DNA of 64,000 nucleotides from NCBI GenBank assembly GCA_964270895.1, contig OZ185442.1; one strand, written 5' to 3'. Source of the DNA: Podarcis filfolensis (Eukaryota). Numbering within the stretch: position 1 is the stretch's first letter; every line of letters starts with the position of its first letter. Both the position numbers and the translations under genes were made by a program. The notes under the pieces were generated by a model. It saw only the letters and a program-made list of their open reading frames with translations, was not told the origin of the DNA and made no database searches. Shown one piece after another: positions 1-12,034 of this stretch.

Positions 1-1838
1 TGCTGCCTCTGGCTTGACTCTCAAAGGCCTCATTGATAAAGCTGTAAATAGAACTCTTGGCCGGTTGCTGGCTTAGAGGCATGAAGACATCCGCCAAAAA
101 GAGGATGGTTATAAAACGTATTTTCTCTCCTGGCTCAGCCACCAGGCTCTGCTCCCAGCCAGGCAACCCCATGCCAGTGTTTTAGGGCTGCACCAAGTGG
201 TTGATTAGCTGATTAAAAACCTTTTGATTGACTGAAAACACGGCACCTGATTAATTAGGCAAAGTATTTTTTTAAATGTTAATTATTCATGATAAAGATA
301 CTTCTTTTCATTGCAGACATTCAGAGGTTGGTTTTCAGTATGACTCATTCCAGAGTGCCTGGCAGATACCCTCTCTATTTAAAAGCACATCAAGCCCCTG
401 CTATGAATAGTGACTTCAGGAGGGGGGGCTGACACTGGAAGGGCGAGAGCAATGAAATGACTCTAACTGGCAGCTGCAGCCTCTTTGGTTTGGGGAAGAA
501 TTGGGATCAGAATGCTCTTGCATCAACATTTCATTTGGCTTGGCCTTTTGTGGGCTGATAGAGGAGGTTAGCTTGGACTGTTTAATTGGAACTTGGGAGC
601 TGGTCTAGTGCACCACTGCTTTGTTAGTGTGTGTAGGGGGAGGTGAGTTACAGAGCAGGCCATGTTTATGGGGATATAGTGTCTGTACAGCTTCCAAAGG
701 GCAGGGCACCAACCTCACGCCTCAACCAACTGAACCCATGGGAGTCCAAGGGCCTGCTTAAATTGCAGCTGTTTCTTACACACACCACATGCCTGGTGAG
801 GGATTCTCCTTGCAAAGACTGCAAACAATAAGTGGAATGAGCATAAAACCTCCCATGTCTTTATTCTACTCCTCCGCCTTGCACAGGACTGAAGTAGTTT
901 GGTTAGTGCTACAGCTTGATCCAGATGATCGTGCTCACATTTTCAGAGGGACAGTGGCTGTTGCCGCTTTGTCCCTGTGTGCTCTGCTTCAACCTAGGAT
1001 GATTTTCATGTTTGCTGGGCAGCTTCTCTCTCCGGAAGAATACCAGCTTGTCAGGGGAGAATATCAACTGGGACTGTGATACAGGGGTGAAAGTGTTAAA
1101 CTCCCTTCCCTGTGTGCTGCAATCCTGATCCTCATTCCCAGTGACCCTTATTATAAAATTAAAAGCAAGACCTTTTCAGTGTTCTCCATGCATTTAATGT
1201 CTGCAGCTGGCTCTCTGAATTAGCATCTTAAGAACATCACCACGTACTTTGGGCAGGCTAAAAATGCTTCTACCTTAATTCAAAACCCAGAGTCATTAAA
1301 GCAAACTACCTCACTCACCCTGGAATGCTGCGGCTTATCTCCAGTACAAAGTGGTTAGCAGAATAGGGGTCATCATGAGCTGGGATCTGTCAGGAAATGG
1401 GATGTTAGAGCAGAGCCAGCAGGAGTATATGATTGCTTGCTTACCTCCCCGCCCTTCACTCTAAAGTCCCGGGACAAGTTTAAACACTTCAAAATGGCAG
1501 ATACACTCTAAGGATCAGCTTGTCTATTAATTGTCCACAAAATATGAAATGACTTCAAGTTATTCTCAAGCCATTTTTACATGAAAGTGTATGTTTGCAT
1601 GAATAGGTCAAAAATGGAGTTTGCTGTCCAAGTAGTTCCCACCTGGTTTCTGTTTTCCCATCATGGGGGCTGTCACAAGGGTTTGCCTGTTCTTGTACCC
1701 AAAGTTCACCCATATTTATTAAAGAGGAAAACCTGCCCCATACCTTAGGAATATAAGAAGTCTCTACTGGAATGGCTCATCTTATCAGCATCCTGCTCTC
1801 ACCCTGGCTATCCAGATACCGGGGGTGGGGAGTGGGGA

Positions 1839-2030
1839 GTAAAGGTAAAGGACCCCTAGATGGTTAAGTCCAGACAAAGGCAACTATGGGGTTGTGGCAC
1901 TCATCTTGCTTTCCAGGAGCTGGGACAGAGCAACGGGAGTGCACCCCATCGTGGGGATTCAAATCGCCGACCTTCTGACCAGCAAGCCCAAGAGGCTCAG
2001 TGGTTTAGACCACTGCGCCACCCACATCCC
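1839..2030 (+). mobile_element. Sauria SINE (Squam1-type), internally deleted
   Basis: Head GTAAAGGTAAAGGACCCCT...AGTCCAG and tail GAGCAACGGGAG...GGTTTAGACCACTGCGCCACCC, recalled as the Sauria SINE consensus ends. Confidence 0.75.
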
Positions 2031-2199
2031 TGCCAGTGGGAAACCCACAAGCAGGACCTGAGTTCAGCAGTCTCAGCTCACTGGTGGTTCCCAGTGAGTG
2101 GTATTCAGAGGCCTACCACCTCCAAGATGGGAGGTAACACACAGCCATCATGACTAGTAGCCATAGATTGTCTTATCCTCCATGAACTTGTCTAACTCT

Positions 2200-2477
2200 C
2201 AGGGCCATCCCCAGATGTTTTGCCGCCAGAGGCAAAAGAGAAAACATTGCCCTGTCACCACCTCTTCCTCTGTTGCCCAGCCACCACTGTGCACCCACAC
2301 GGCATCACATGTCTGCCTACTGCCACCTGCCAGCCACTGGGCAGTACACAGGCACACAGAGGAAGAGGCTGACAAGTGCAGGGCAAGCTCCATGGAGGCT
2401 GGATCGGCCACTCTCCCAGCTTTCTGGAACCTGCCACTCTGAGGGAACTGCCTCACCTCATGGGTGGGCCAGCCCTG
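2200..2477. mobile_element. hAT-like MITE nested in a CR1 fragment (CR1 about 2031-2199 and 2486-2530, minus strand)
   Basis: CAGGGC...GCCCTG termini. Degenerate 8-bp flanks CTAACTCT/CTAATTCC. CR1-like sequence resumes after the insert. Confidence 0.5.
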
Positions 2478-3640
2478 CTAATTCCAGGTTGGTGGCCACC
2501 ATTACATCTTGTGATAGCCCTTGTATCTACGGGTGAAGGGTGGTATACAAATTTAGTACATGATAAATACATAAATAAATACAGCAAATTCCAGACTTTA
2601 ACTACAGTAAGCCCTGGGTGGATAAGTATTTTCTTTGTCTGCACGGAATCCTCCAACACTGAGCTTCATTCAATGGACCGGTATTATAAGAAAAGGAGAA
2701 ATACTTCTCTCTATCAACATTCTCTATCCCTAACAATTTTAAAGGCTTCTCTTCTGTCCTCCCCTTACTCGCCTTGTGTCTAAACTAAAAACCTCCAACT
2801 GTTGTAAAGGTAACTGGAAAAAAGTGATCTTGAACATAGTCACTGATTTTGTTTTGAGCAAATGAAATAAATATGACCCCTTTAGGGTCATAAATTCTCT
2901 GTCTTGCAAAACAAAGAGCCCATCTTTCCTAGCGAGGAGAAGCAGGCCCCTCTTCATGATGTACCACGCTGCTTTGAATTACGTAAGCAGTATCTTGTGA
3001 AATCAGCCAGTGAAACATGCAATGCTCTCTCCACAGAGTGAGTTGTTTGTGTCTCGCACGGCATATCACGTAAATAGTTGCATAAGAAGTCACGCTTGTA
3101 TGTCAGACTGTGCTGCTTACAGGGCGAGCTTGACTGCCTTTTGCATGCTCTGCCCTACTAGGAATTGCTAACCCAGAGCTGGGGGACATGGGACCAAGGC
3201 AAGGAAGTATTAGCATGCACAAATGTTGTAGTGTCATGGAAATGTGATGCTTGTGCATCGTCTAATAGGTGAAATGAGGAAAGTTCTGAAATGGAACTTA
3301 TTTGTGCTGAGTAAGAGCCAGGTTTTGCATTTGCCTCTGAGTGGCCACTGTGAGAATGGGATGCTGGGCTGGATCGGCCATTTGCTTAATCCATCAGGCT
3401 CATTTTACATTCTTGCATCAACAGTTTTAGGGAACTTACTGGACTCTGAAGCTTTGATTTGGAGGGAACTGTACAACCCTATGTTTTAAGATTTTCAGGA
3501 GAGGCCATTCTTTCTGCCCTGCCAATATCTGTAGCATGTTTGGCAGAACTTAAGGCAGGGCCTTCCAAGTGGCTTCCCCCAAACTCTAGAGTTCCTTGCA
3601 AGGGAGGCCCATGTAGCCTCTGGTTACCTTCTGTCAGTAG

Positions 3641-3846
3641 GAAGAACATAGGAAGTTGCCTTCTGCTGAGCCCAGACCCTTGGCCCCTCTAACCTAGTAT
3701 AGTCTGCACTCTGGCTGGCAACAGCTCTCCAGGGTTTCATGCAAAGGACCTTCCCAGTTCAGCTACCTGGAGATACTGTCAAGGATTGAACCTGGGACCT
3801 TCTGCATGCAAAGCAGATGCTCCACCACTGACCTATGACCCTCTCC
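3641..3846 (-). mobile_element. tRNA-derived squamate SINE (Squam2-like). Further copies at about 9897-10067(+), 10131-10242(+), 24436-24580(-), 26841-27020(+), 41082-41278(+), 49540-49610(+)
   Basis: Shared AGCATCTGCTTTGCATGCAGAAGGTCCCAGGTTCAATCC head and CTGCCAGTCAGTGTAGAC...AAGGCAGCTTCC body across copies. Confidence 0.75.
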
Positions 3847-5223
3847 TAAAGGGGAATATTTTTAGTCCGACAAGGCTCCAAGTAGCTCCTCTTGTTTTAT
3901 GGCCACTGCAATGCTGTTATGTGTTCTACTGGCTGTTGTTGTTTGTATTGGTTGCACAGGAAAGTTGCCATTCCTCTAAATTCCTCAAGGCAGACACTTT
4001 TTGCCAGACCATATTCACAGAGTAAAGTTTGCACTGGCTGCCCATATGCTACTTGGCCAGGTCAGGCAGAGAAATGAGAGATCAGGTGGTCCCTGAGATA
4101 TCCTGGACCCAAGTTGTTAAAGGGCCTTGAAAATAAGAACAATGAACCTGGCTGGGTAGCATATGGGCAACCAGCACAAGCTTTCCATCGCTAGTCTTAT
4201 GTGCTAGCAATAGTCTGTCCCAATCAACAGTCTGCATTTTGCATAAGCTGGAGCCTCCAGACCAGGCCAACAGAGAGAGCATTGCAATAACTGAGTCTTG
4301 TCAATCAAGCTGGACAATTTTCTCCAGTAGAAGTTGGTGGGGAATCTTCTGCAGCAGGGGAAAAAACCCGGAGTGTGTCAAACATGGGTGAAGCTATATT
4401 TGGGGAAACTTGACTCTTCTTCCGCCTATATGCAACCCTTCTCCTTTGTACTTGCATAAATGTAAGTTGAAGACGTCACTGAGATGGTGAGTAATGCTTC
4501 ACTGCTGGACCCCCTTTTGCTTGGCATGGGGAGGGGGGCATCATGCCACCAGGATGTTAATGAAGAGGAAAACTCAGCCACGCTTTAAGGGCAGTTTCAT
4601 AAGTTCTCCCTGCCATTCAGTGCCCTTGCCTCCTGGGCTGTTATCATGCGGATCACCCTCCGCCCCTCTGCTGATGGGAAAGCTGGGCATATTCCTTTAA
4701 AAGTAAGGGAGATAAAGGGTTCTTTCTTTGCTGTGAACTCCTGCTAATCAGTTTACTTTGGGGAAGAGGCAAATCAAGCAACGGCACCCTTGGAAGGAAA
4801 ATAGGACTTGGGAATCCAGAGCCGGGAGAGGCGGAAAGAAGCTGGCAAGTTCTGCCCTTTTCTTTTTCCGGGACAGAGACCCAAAGGAAGAAACCAGGAA
4901 CAGGAGAGCAGAACCCAAGAAGACACGGGTGTTGGGCTCTCCAGCGTATTGTGCCAAAGAAGGGTCACTGGAAGCGTGTTGCTGACTCTGCCACCCCAAA
5001 ACTTTGTGTGGAGCATGTCTGGTCTCACAGCTCTGTTCTGAGACATCTATCCATCTATTCCCTTGGAGGAAGAGTGGCCCCAGAAGTTTCTTTCAGGTTC
5101 CGCAGCCTACAGGTGAGTTCCCGGACCATGCTAACTATATACTTCTCCCCCAAGAGAAAACTCTGTTGCAAAATCCTGCGGGTCTCCTTTGTCTTTCTGT
5201 AGCATTCCCACCAAGGTGCCACC

Positions 5224-6168
5224 ATGTCTGTGCCATCACCCCTGAGGGTGCTGCCCAGCCCCCCGAATGCCACTGCCGGCATTCCCGTGAGCAACCAGAC
5301 CAATGAGACATTCTGCACAAGCAGCCAGCAGGTAGTGATCCCTGGCGAACTCTTCCTGACCCTGGGGATCCTGAGCTTTGTGGAGAACTTGTTAGTGGTG
5401 GCCGCCATTGTCAAAAACCGGAACCTGCATTCGCCCATGTACTATTTCATCTGCTGCCTGGCTGTGTCAGACATGCTGGTGAGCGTCAGCAACCTAGTGG
5501 AGACCCTCTTCATGCTTCTGCTGGAGCATGAGATGATGGTTGTGCAGCCCACCACCGTGATGCACCTGGATAACGCCATGGACATGCTGATCTGCAGCTC
5601 CCTGATGTCCTCGCTCTCCTTCCTTGGTGTCATCGCCATTGACCGCTACATCACCATCTTCTACGCCTTGCGGTATCACAGCATCATGACCATCCAGAGG
5701 GCTGTCACCATCATCGTGGTTGTCTGGGTGGTCAGCAGCATCTCCAGCACCATCTTCATTGCCTACGATGGCAAGGCGGTCATCCTCTGCCTGGTCATCT
5801 TCTTCCTCTCCATGATTACCCTGATCATGGGCCTCTACATCCACATGTTCAGCCTGGCTCACCAACACGCCCGCAGGATCTCCAGCCTGCAAAGGAAGCA
5901 GTCGGCGCCCCACTTCACTAGCATGAGAGGGGCCATCACCCTCACCATCCTGCTGGGCGTCTTCTTCATCTGCTGGGGCCCCTTCTTCCTTCACCTGATC
6001 CTCATCCTCACCTGCCCCGAGAAGCCCGCCTGCAACTGCTACTTCAGATACTTCAACCTCTATCTCATCCTCCTCATTTGCAACTCTGTGGTGGACCCCA
6101 TAATTTACGCCTTCCGGAGCCAGGAGCTCAGGAGGACTTTGAAAGAGGTGGTCTTATGCTTTTGGTAA
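5224..6168 (+). CDS. MC1R: Melanocortin 1 receptor, single coding exon, 314 aa class A GPCR
   Basis: GCCACCATG Kozak. Seven hydrophobic segments, [36 protein letters not shown]-terminal [15 protein letters not shown]. Lies upstream of TUBB3 as in other amniotes. Confidence 0.97.
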   Translation: MSVPSPLRVLPSPPNATAGIPVSNQTNETFCTSSQQVVIPGELFLTLGILSFVENLLVVAAIVKNRNLHSPMYYFICCLAVSDMLVSVSNLVETLFMLLLEHEMMVVQPTTVMHLDNAMDMLICSSLMSSLSFLGVIAIDRYITIFYALRYHSIMTIQRAVTIIVVVWVVSSISSTIFIAYDGKAVILCLVIFFLSMITLIMGLYIHMFSLAHQHARRISSLQRKQSAPHFTSMRGAITLTILLGVFFICWGPFFLHLILILTCPEKPACNCYFRYFNLYLILLICNSVVDPIIYAFRSQELRRTLKEVVLCFW

Positions 6169-6267
6169 GGAGCAGGCGGCACTGGGGGTCTGAGGGTGCA
6201 AGTAGCCGCTGGGGCTCTCCTGCCCTCCCCAGAGGCAGCAGAGGCAGCCACTTTGCAATTGGGAGCT

Positions 6268-6286
6268 CAGCGCCCCCTGGTGGCAC
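6268..6286 (-). promoter_or_regulatory. CTCF-binding motif
   Basis: Minus strand reads GTGCCACCAGGGGGCGCTG versus consensus TGGCCACCAGGGGGCGCTA. Confidence 0.75.
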
Positions 6287-6875
6287 TGGGGATGGGCAAG
6301 CAGAGGAAGCCTCTGGGAGGTGGTGCCAGCCAGTGTTCTCCACATCCTATGGTCAGAAGGAGGAAACAAAGTGTGTGTGTGTGTGTGGTTGGGAGGAATG
6401 TTCTTTTGCTTCCTGACTGCCCTCAGCCTAGAGGCATGGCTGAGATGTTGTATAACTCTGCTATTTCCTTGCTAGTGATCTAGGGAAGCCATTAATTCTT
6501 TCTCTGTGAGGGCTCCAGCCCGTTTCTGTCAAGGTGTGCAGAGCAGAGGGTGAGAATGACAATGGCAGGTGCAGCAACATTTTCCCAATGCAGAAGAAGG
6601 AAGCATGTGTGTGTGTGGCTGTGTACATACTCCCAATTGCGCTGCATCCAGTGCACAGCTTTTGGTTTGGGAAGTGGCTTACAAGTGATGTTAACCACAA
6701 TCAATATTGATCCTCTCCTTTCTGAGGAAATGCTGTGTTTTGATGCATTCCCCACCCTGCCCCCCAAACCAGCTCCGATTTGACTTGTGAAAAGATAAGG
6801 CCTCACTGTGTTTTAAGCCAGTTATGTGTGCACAGCCTAAACATGTGTTTTGTATGTCAAGGAGCTTTGCAGGGT

Positions 6876-6881
6876 AATAAA
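6876..6881 (+). terminator. Candidate MC1R polyadenylation signal AATAAA
   Basis: First AATAAA found after the stop, followed by GU-rich GTATGTGTG (6897-6905) and G-runs (6921-6956). Confidence 0.5.
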
Positions 6882-9800
6882 GAGGAATGTTTCAGAGTAT
6901 GTGTGAACTGAGCAACTGCAGGAGGGCTCTACCAGTCTAGGAGTACAGGGTGGGGGTCCAGTTTAGAGATGTGGACATCTTTTCCTAAAGCCATTTCAAC
7001 ACTGGGAAGGAAACGCCCTAAAATTTCAGATGCTGCAAATATGTTCCCCCCCTCCCCCGCATTCTCATAAGACCTGACTGGCAGCCTCTGACTGTGTTTC
7101 AGTGGACTTCCCTCCCTCCATCTTCTGACTTCATGTTTGCAGTCTCTACAAATCAATGCAACTCAGTAAGTTGCAAAATGGTACCTCTGCCCGTATCTCA
7201 ACCCTTTGTCCAGAATTCTTACAACATTGTCCTTTCACTGAAAAATAGGCCTCAGTGCTTATGTGAGATTATCTTTCTGAGTGGATCCCCAGAGAGATCT
7301 CTGCTTGTTTCAGTTTCTAGGTCCTGCAATAGATGGTTGTAGCATCCCTTACCTGGTGGCTGGGCTACCTTGGGGCAAGCCTGGAGGAAGCATCAGGGAC
7401 TCACAATCCTATCTAAGTTACTGGTAGTTCCTTTTCAGAACATGCTAATTGAAGTAGGAGTCAGTCTTCGGATTCATGGTGCCCAAAGCACAGGAGCCTC
7501 CTAGTGTTGCATCATATGCCACAGATGGGAGTTGCCTGTAAGGAACCTCTCACACATATCCCTGTCCGGACCTGTGCCATAGTGATGCTTCCATGCAAAA
7601 CAAGACAAGCAATAGCTCATTCCAGGCATCACCCCTAGTAGATTGGACAGTAGCATAGCCCTGCTAAAGAAATGACTCTAAATCCAGAAAAGAGCCTTGC
7701 TATTTACATCCAGAGCTTTACCGACCGGGCAAACTCTTATTCCGTGCCACGTAATAAAAAACTTCAGTGGCATTGCCAGTTTTGATCTTAAGGTTTGCTC
7801 TTAAAAGCATACTGTAGGTCTGAGCTGAGGTTCTTACCTAAGATAGCAGGAGCAAACTCCTAAAAGCACAAGGAGAGCCCTGCTGGGAACCCAACAGGCC
7901 CTGTATTCTAACATCCTGCCTCCCATAGTGGCCAACCAGATGGCAATGACTTTATGCACAGGGAAGCTACACACAGCCTCCATTGGCTAGCAGCTGTTGG
8001 TCAGACTTCCCTCCCTTCAGGAATGTGTATTCTGAAGTATGCACAGGTGTACCTAGGGGTTGGTGAAACTGGCCCCCTCTGGGGCACAGGCCTGGGCAGG
8101 TGCACAAAAATCACTTATCTGGCTATGGAGTGTATGACATGCATGTGTGTGGTGATGCAACACCATTGTTACAGTGAGATCAAACATGGGAGAAGCTTCC
8201 CATCCTTCTCACACCATGGCACAAAGGTGTGCAGTGAAGTAATGGGAGCGGCATCAATACAGCTCCTTGCCAAGGGTGCAAGGGACCCTACAAATGCCTC
8301 TGGGAGCATGCCCACCAGAAGTGGGTGACCAGGAAATCCAAGTCCGATGAAGGACAGTTGTCTCCCATTCACATGAAGGGCTGTCGCACACAGAAGATAG
8401 TTCTTCTCTGTTGCTCCAGAATCGGTGCCTGGAAAAGGCAGAAAAGTAGACTTCAATGAAACATGAGGAAGGCCTTCCAGATAGTGGCAGCTGTTCAGCA
8501 GTGGTTTGGGAGCTGGTGGGTTCTTCTTCACTCAAGAAGAGGTTGAGCAGCCATCTCACAGGGTTGTTGTAATTATATTCTGCATTGCAGGCCCCGTAGG
8601 GCAGGAGCAGGAGGTGGGGCTAAGCAGCCTTCAAAGTCCTATCTGATGCTGTGATTCTAAAAGCATCTGAGCCAAGAGTTCCCAAACTGGTTTACGGCAT
8701 TTCTGTGGATTTGTGGTTAAAGGCAAGAGACAGCACATCTATTGCATAAAAGATTCATACTGCATTTTAATTGCTTCTTTTGTTTATTATATTGTATTAC
8801 AATTTGAATTCAGTGGAATACAAGGATGTGATTTAAAAATGCAATTAAAAATCACACAGCATCTAGTACAGCACAACACAATTGCTTCAACAGACAGACA
8901 ACACCATTAACCATTTTCTGAGGGCCTGAGTGGTTTGGGAACCATTGCGCTAAGCCACATTGTGCAGAATACAAATCATGGGTCAGGATGAGGGAGACAG
9001 GAGGAGAGATGAATGGCTTGTTAGAAGGTGTATTCCGAAGAGCATAACAACTCACTTGCAACACTGTATAAGAAGCAAGTTCAGTGGGTATTTTTTGTGG
9101 GGTGTTGTCTTTCTCATATGCACCAACTGTGTGCATTCTCAGACACAAACACACAAATACAGAATGCTGGGGAGAAGCACACAGCACTTTTATTCCACCT
9201 TCTTATTATCTGATACACAATATTTTGTAGGTTTTTGTGGTGCATGTGGCATAAATGTTCAGCTAGCAGGTTCTGTGTGGGAGTGGAAGTTGCGAGGGGG
9301 CTGGAACTATTTCTAAGAAGTGAGAGCTCCATCTGACCAGGGGCTTTTGTTTTGTTTGAGCTCTGCCACAATGAGTCATGCCTATGGGGGGGGGGGGGGA
9401 TTGGGTTCTACTCCCAGCCATTCAGCAGTCTGACTAGTCTCTGACACGCCACTCCCCCTGGGAGGGAAGAGGGCCTCATTTCCCTCCTGTCTCCTGTCAG
9501 TGGGCTGCAGCTGAGGCACCAGAACAAAATCACAGGGTCCTTTGCATGTCCACCTCTGCCTCACATGCCTACCCATTGCCCATGCACCTGATGTATCATG
9601 CATATGGAGCACCCCTTGGCAATGGCATAAAAGTTCCATGTGCAAGTCTGTCGCTCATGTGGCAGGCTGGCAATCCAGAGCATCCCTTCTACCCCTCCCT
9701 CCATTCACAAGCTCCTGAGCAGCAGACACATACATGTTCTGTGGCATTCCCTCCCCCCACCCCTTGTTATGCAGCAGCCTGGTTGTTCTGGAATGTGGGC

Positions 9801-10723
9801 ACCATCTATTGCCTGGAGGTGGCACTGGTGTTTGCTGCCTTTGCCCTTCAGGTCCTCTTGGGCAAACGTCCTGAGCTGGTTCTATGTCCCCATCCAGGGA
9901 AGCACCATTGCTCAGTGGTAAAGGACCTCTTCTCCCCTGTTCAATCTCTGGTGTCTTCAGGTAAGGCTGGGAATGTCTCCTGCCTAAAACCCTGGAAAGC
10001 TGCTGTCAGTCAGTGAGACAGTACTAAGCTGGCAATCATCTGATGCAGCATAAGGCAGCTTCATATTACTCTGGCAGGGTGGCTAACCTTTTTGTTAGGG
10101 AAGGACCTAAGTTCAGTGCTAAAATAACAGAAGCTTTGCATGCAGAAATGCCTGGGTTCAAGTATGGCTGAGAAAAGACTCCTACCTGAAACCTTGATGA
10201 GCCGCTGCTGCCTGTTAGTGCAGACAATACTAAGGCTAGATGGTTTTCGGTGTACCCATTCCTTGCCAAGGCAGGTGCTTTACCTGAGAAAGAGGGTGAA
10301 CTGGCTGTTTGCCCACTGCACAGTCACACTCACACTTGAGTTCCTTTGTCTCTCTCCAAGGCCTGATGTGATTCTCCTTCAGGCAAGCCCTTTCTCCAAG
10401 CTCTGTCATCTCTGATTACTGCTCCCTGCTGCTCACTCTGCAAAAAGAGAGAGACCTCTTTCTGGGCAAGGCTACTCCCTAGGGCAGCAGCCACATCCAC
10501 CATTCTGAGAATTCAGCTGCTGTGGGGAATGATCTCAGAGTGCTTTCCCTTGCTAGGAATTTGGCTGCATTTTACTGCCACTACAGATGTAGGAGGGACT
10601 GCGCAGGCAGGAAGCCTGGCAGAGAGGCTGGCATGGGATGACCATGAACAGGCCCTGAAGAAGAGGCGGAAAAGGGCTTAGAGGCCAGCAGAATTTATCC
10701 TAACCTGCAGCTAGAAATGTTTT

Positions 10724-11345
10724 CATAGAATCATAGAGTTAGAAGGGGTCCTGAGAGTCATCTCTCCCAACCCCCTGCAATGCAGGGATCTCAGCTAAAG
10801 CACCCATGGCAGATGGCCATCCAAGCTCTGCCTAAAAATCTCCAAGGAAGGAGAGTACACCAAGCAATGCTGGATTACCAAATACGCAGAGGAGGCACCG
10901 GTCTATGGGACCCATGCCTTTTAGGGGCCCAATGACAACAGGTAAAATAATATTGATTTGATCTTGAAAGAAAATTACAATCAGGACTTCTTACTTCAAT
11001 GCTATCCCACTAGATTGGGGGTGGTGGTGAGATTTCAACAGCCTAGGGGCCTCCACAGGATTTAATCCGGCACTGCTTCCAAAGGAGTCTGTTCTCTTAG
11101 TACCATCAGAAAGTTCTTCCTGATGTTTAGTTGGATATTGGAATATCCTTTCTTGGATCTTGACACCATTGGTTCCGGTCCTACCCGCTGGAGCTGGAAA
11201 AAACTACCTGGCTCCATCCTCCATGTGACTGCCCTTTAGATATTTGAAGATGGCTATCATATCTCTTCTCTGTCTCCTCTTTAGCAGGTTAAACATACCC
11301 AGCTCCCTCAGTCGTTCCTCATGAGGCTTGGTTTCCTGACCCTTT
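10724..11345 (-). mobile_element. CR1 LINE 3' fragment with a nested MITE (10865-11075)
   Basis: CATAGAATCATAGAG tail typical of CR1. The insert has termini CAATGCTGGATTA/TAATCCGGCACTG. Confidence 0.7.
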
Positions 11346-12034
11346 GTGCATTAGGTGGAAAAATTGTCCAGTGGGAACTATTTGTGTGCGTGCAGTTTGC
11401 GAATAAGGGATTATCAGTAAGGAGCTAGATTGTTCTTTGAAAAAGAAATAAATGAGATTTCTCCCTCCTCCCTGGACCCTGTCTCTTCCTGCTTTCTGAG
11501 AGAATAATTCTGGGGTGGAGACACTTGTGGATTGGGAGGGTCGTCAATACAGATGGGAAGCCTAGACCAGACACTGGGGGGCGCTGGTGTCCAGCAACAG
11601 GAAAGAGAGAAGCAGCTTTGCCTTGGTGGACAGCAAGACTTAACCCTGGGCCAGCCAGGATCCAAGCCCTGCCTGTGACATGTTGCCAGGAACAGAGCCC
11701 ACGTGAAATCCTCTCAAAGAAGCGTTGGGTGGCCTTGAACACGTACAGAGTCCTGCCAAGAGGTCCCAGCCAAGCACCCGGCATCCCTCTGTGATTTAAG
11801 GGCTGGGCTTGCAGAGAGGAAGATATCATCAGGCCTAGGCTGGCTGCTGGCGACCAGCCCTCTCCTTGTATTATACTGGCTACGGGAGCGGGGAGGACGC
11901 TGAACCACTGCGAGGCCAATTGTCGACCTTCCTGCTTCCAGCACCGACATATTCCTCGGGCAGGGGAAATGAGTGAGCGGCTGTGGGCCTTTCCGCCTTC
12001 AGGTGTATACAGGTGAAGTGGACCTTGGTGGGGG

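Noticed and set aside
1-1100. Possible 3' end of TCF25, expected upstream of MC1R
   Set aside because: No recognisable coding exon; it may be UTR but cannot be supported from the sequence.
5494-5994. 166-aa antisense ORF over MC1R
   Set aside because: Shadow ORF caused by third-position C bias of the MC1R codons; no independent features.
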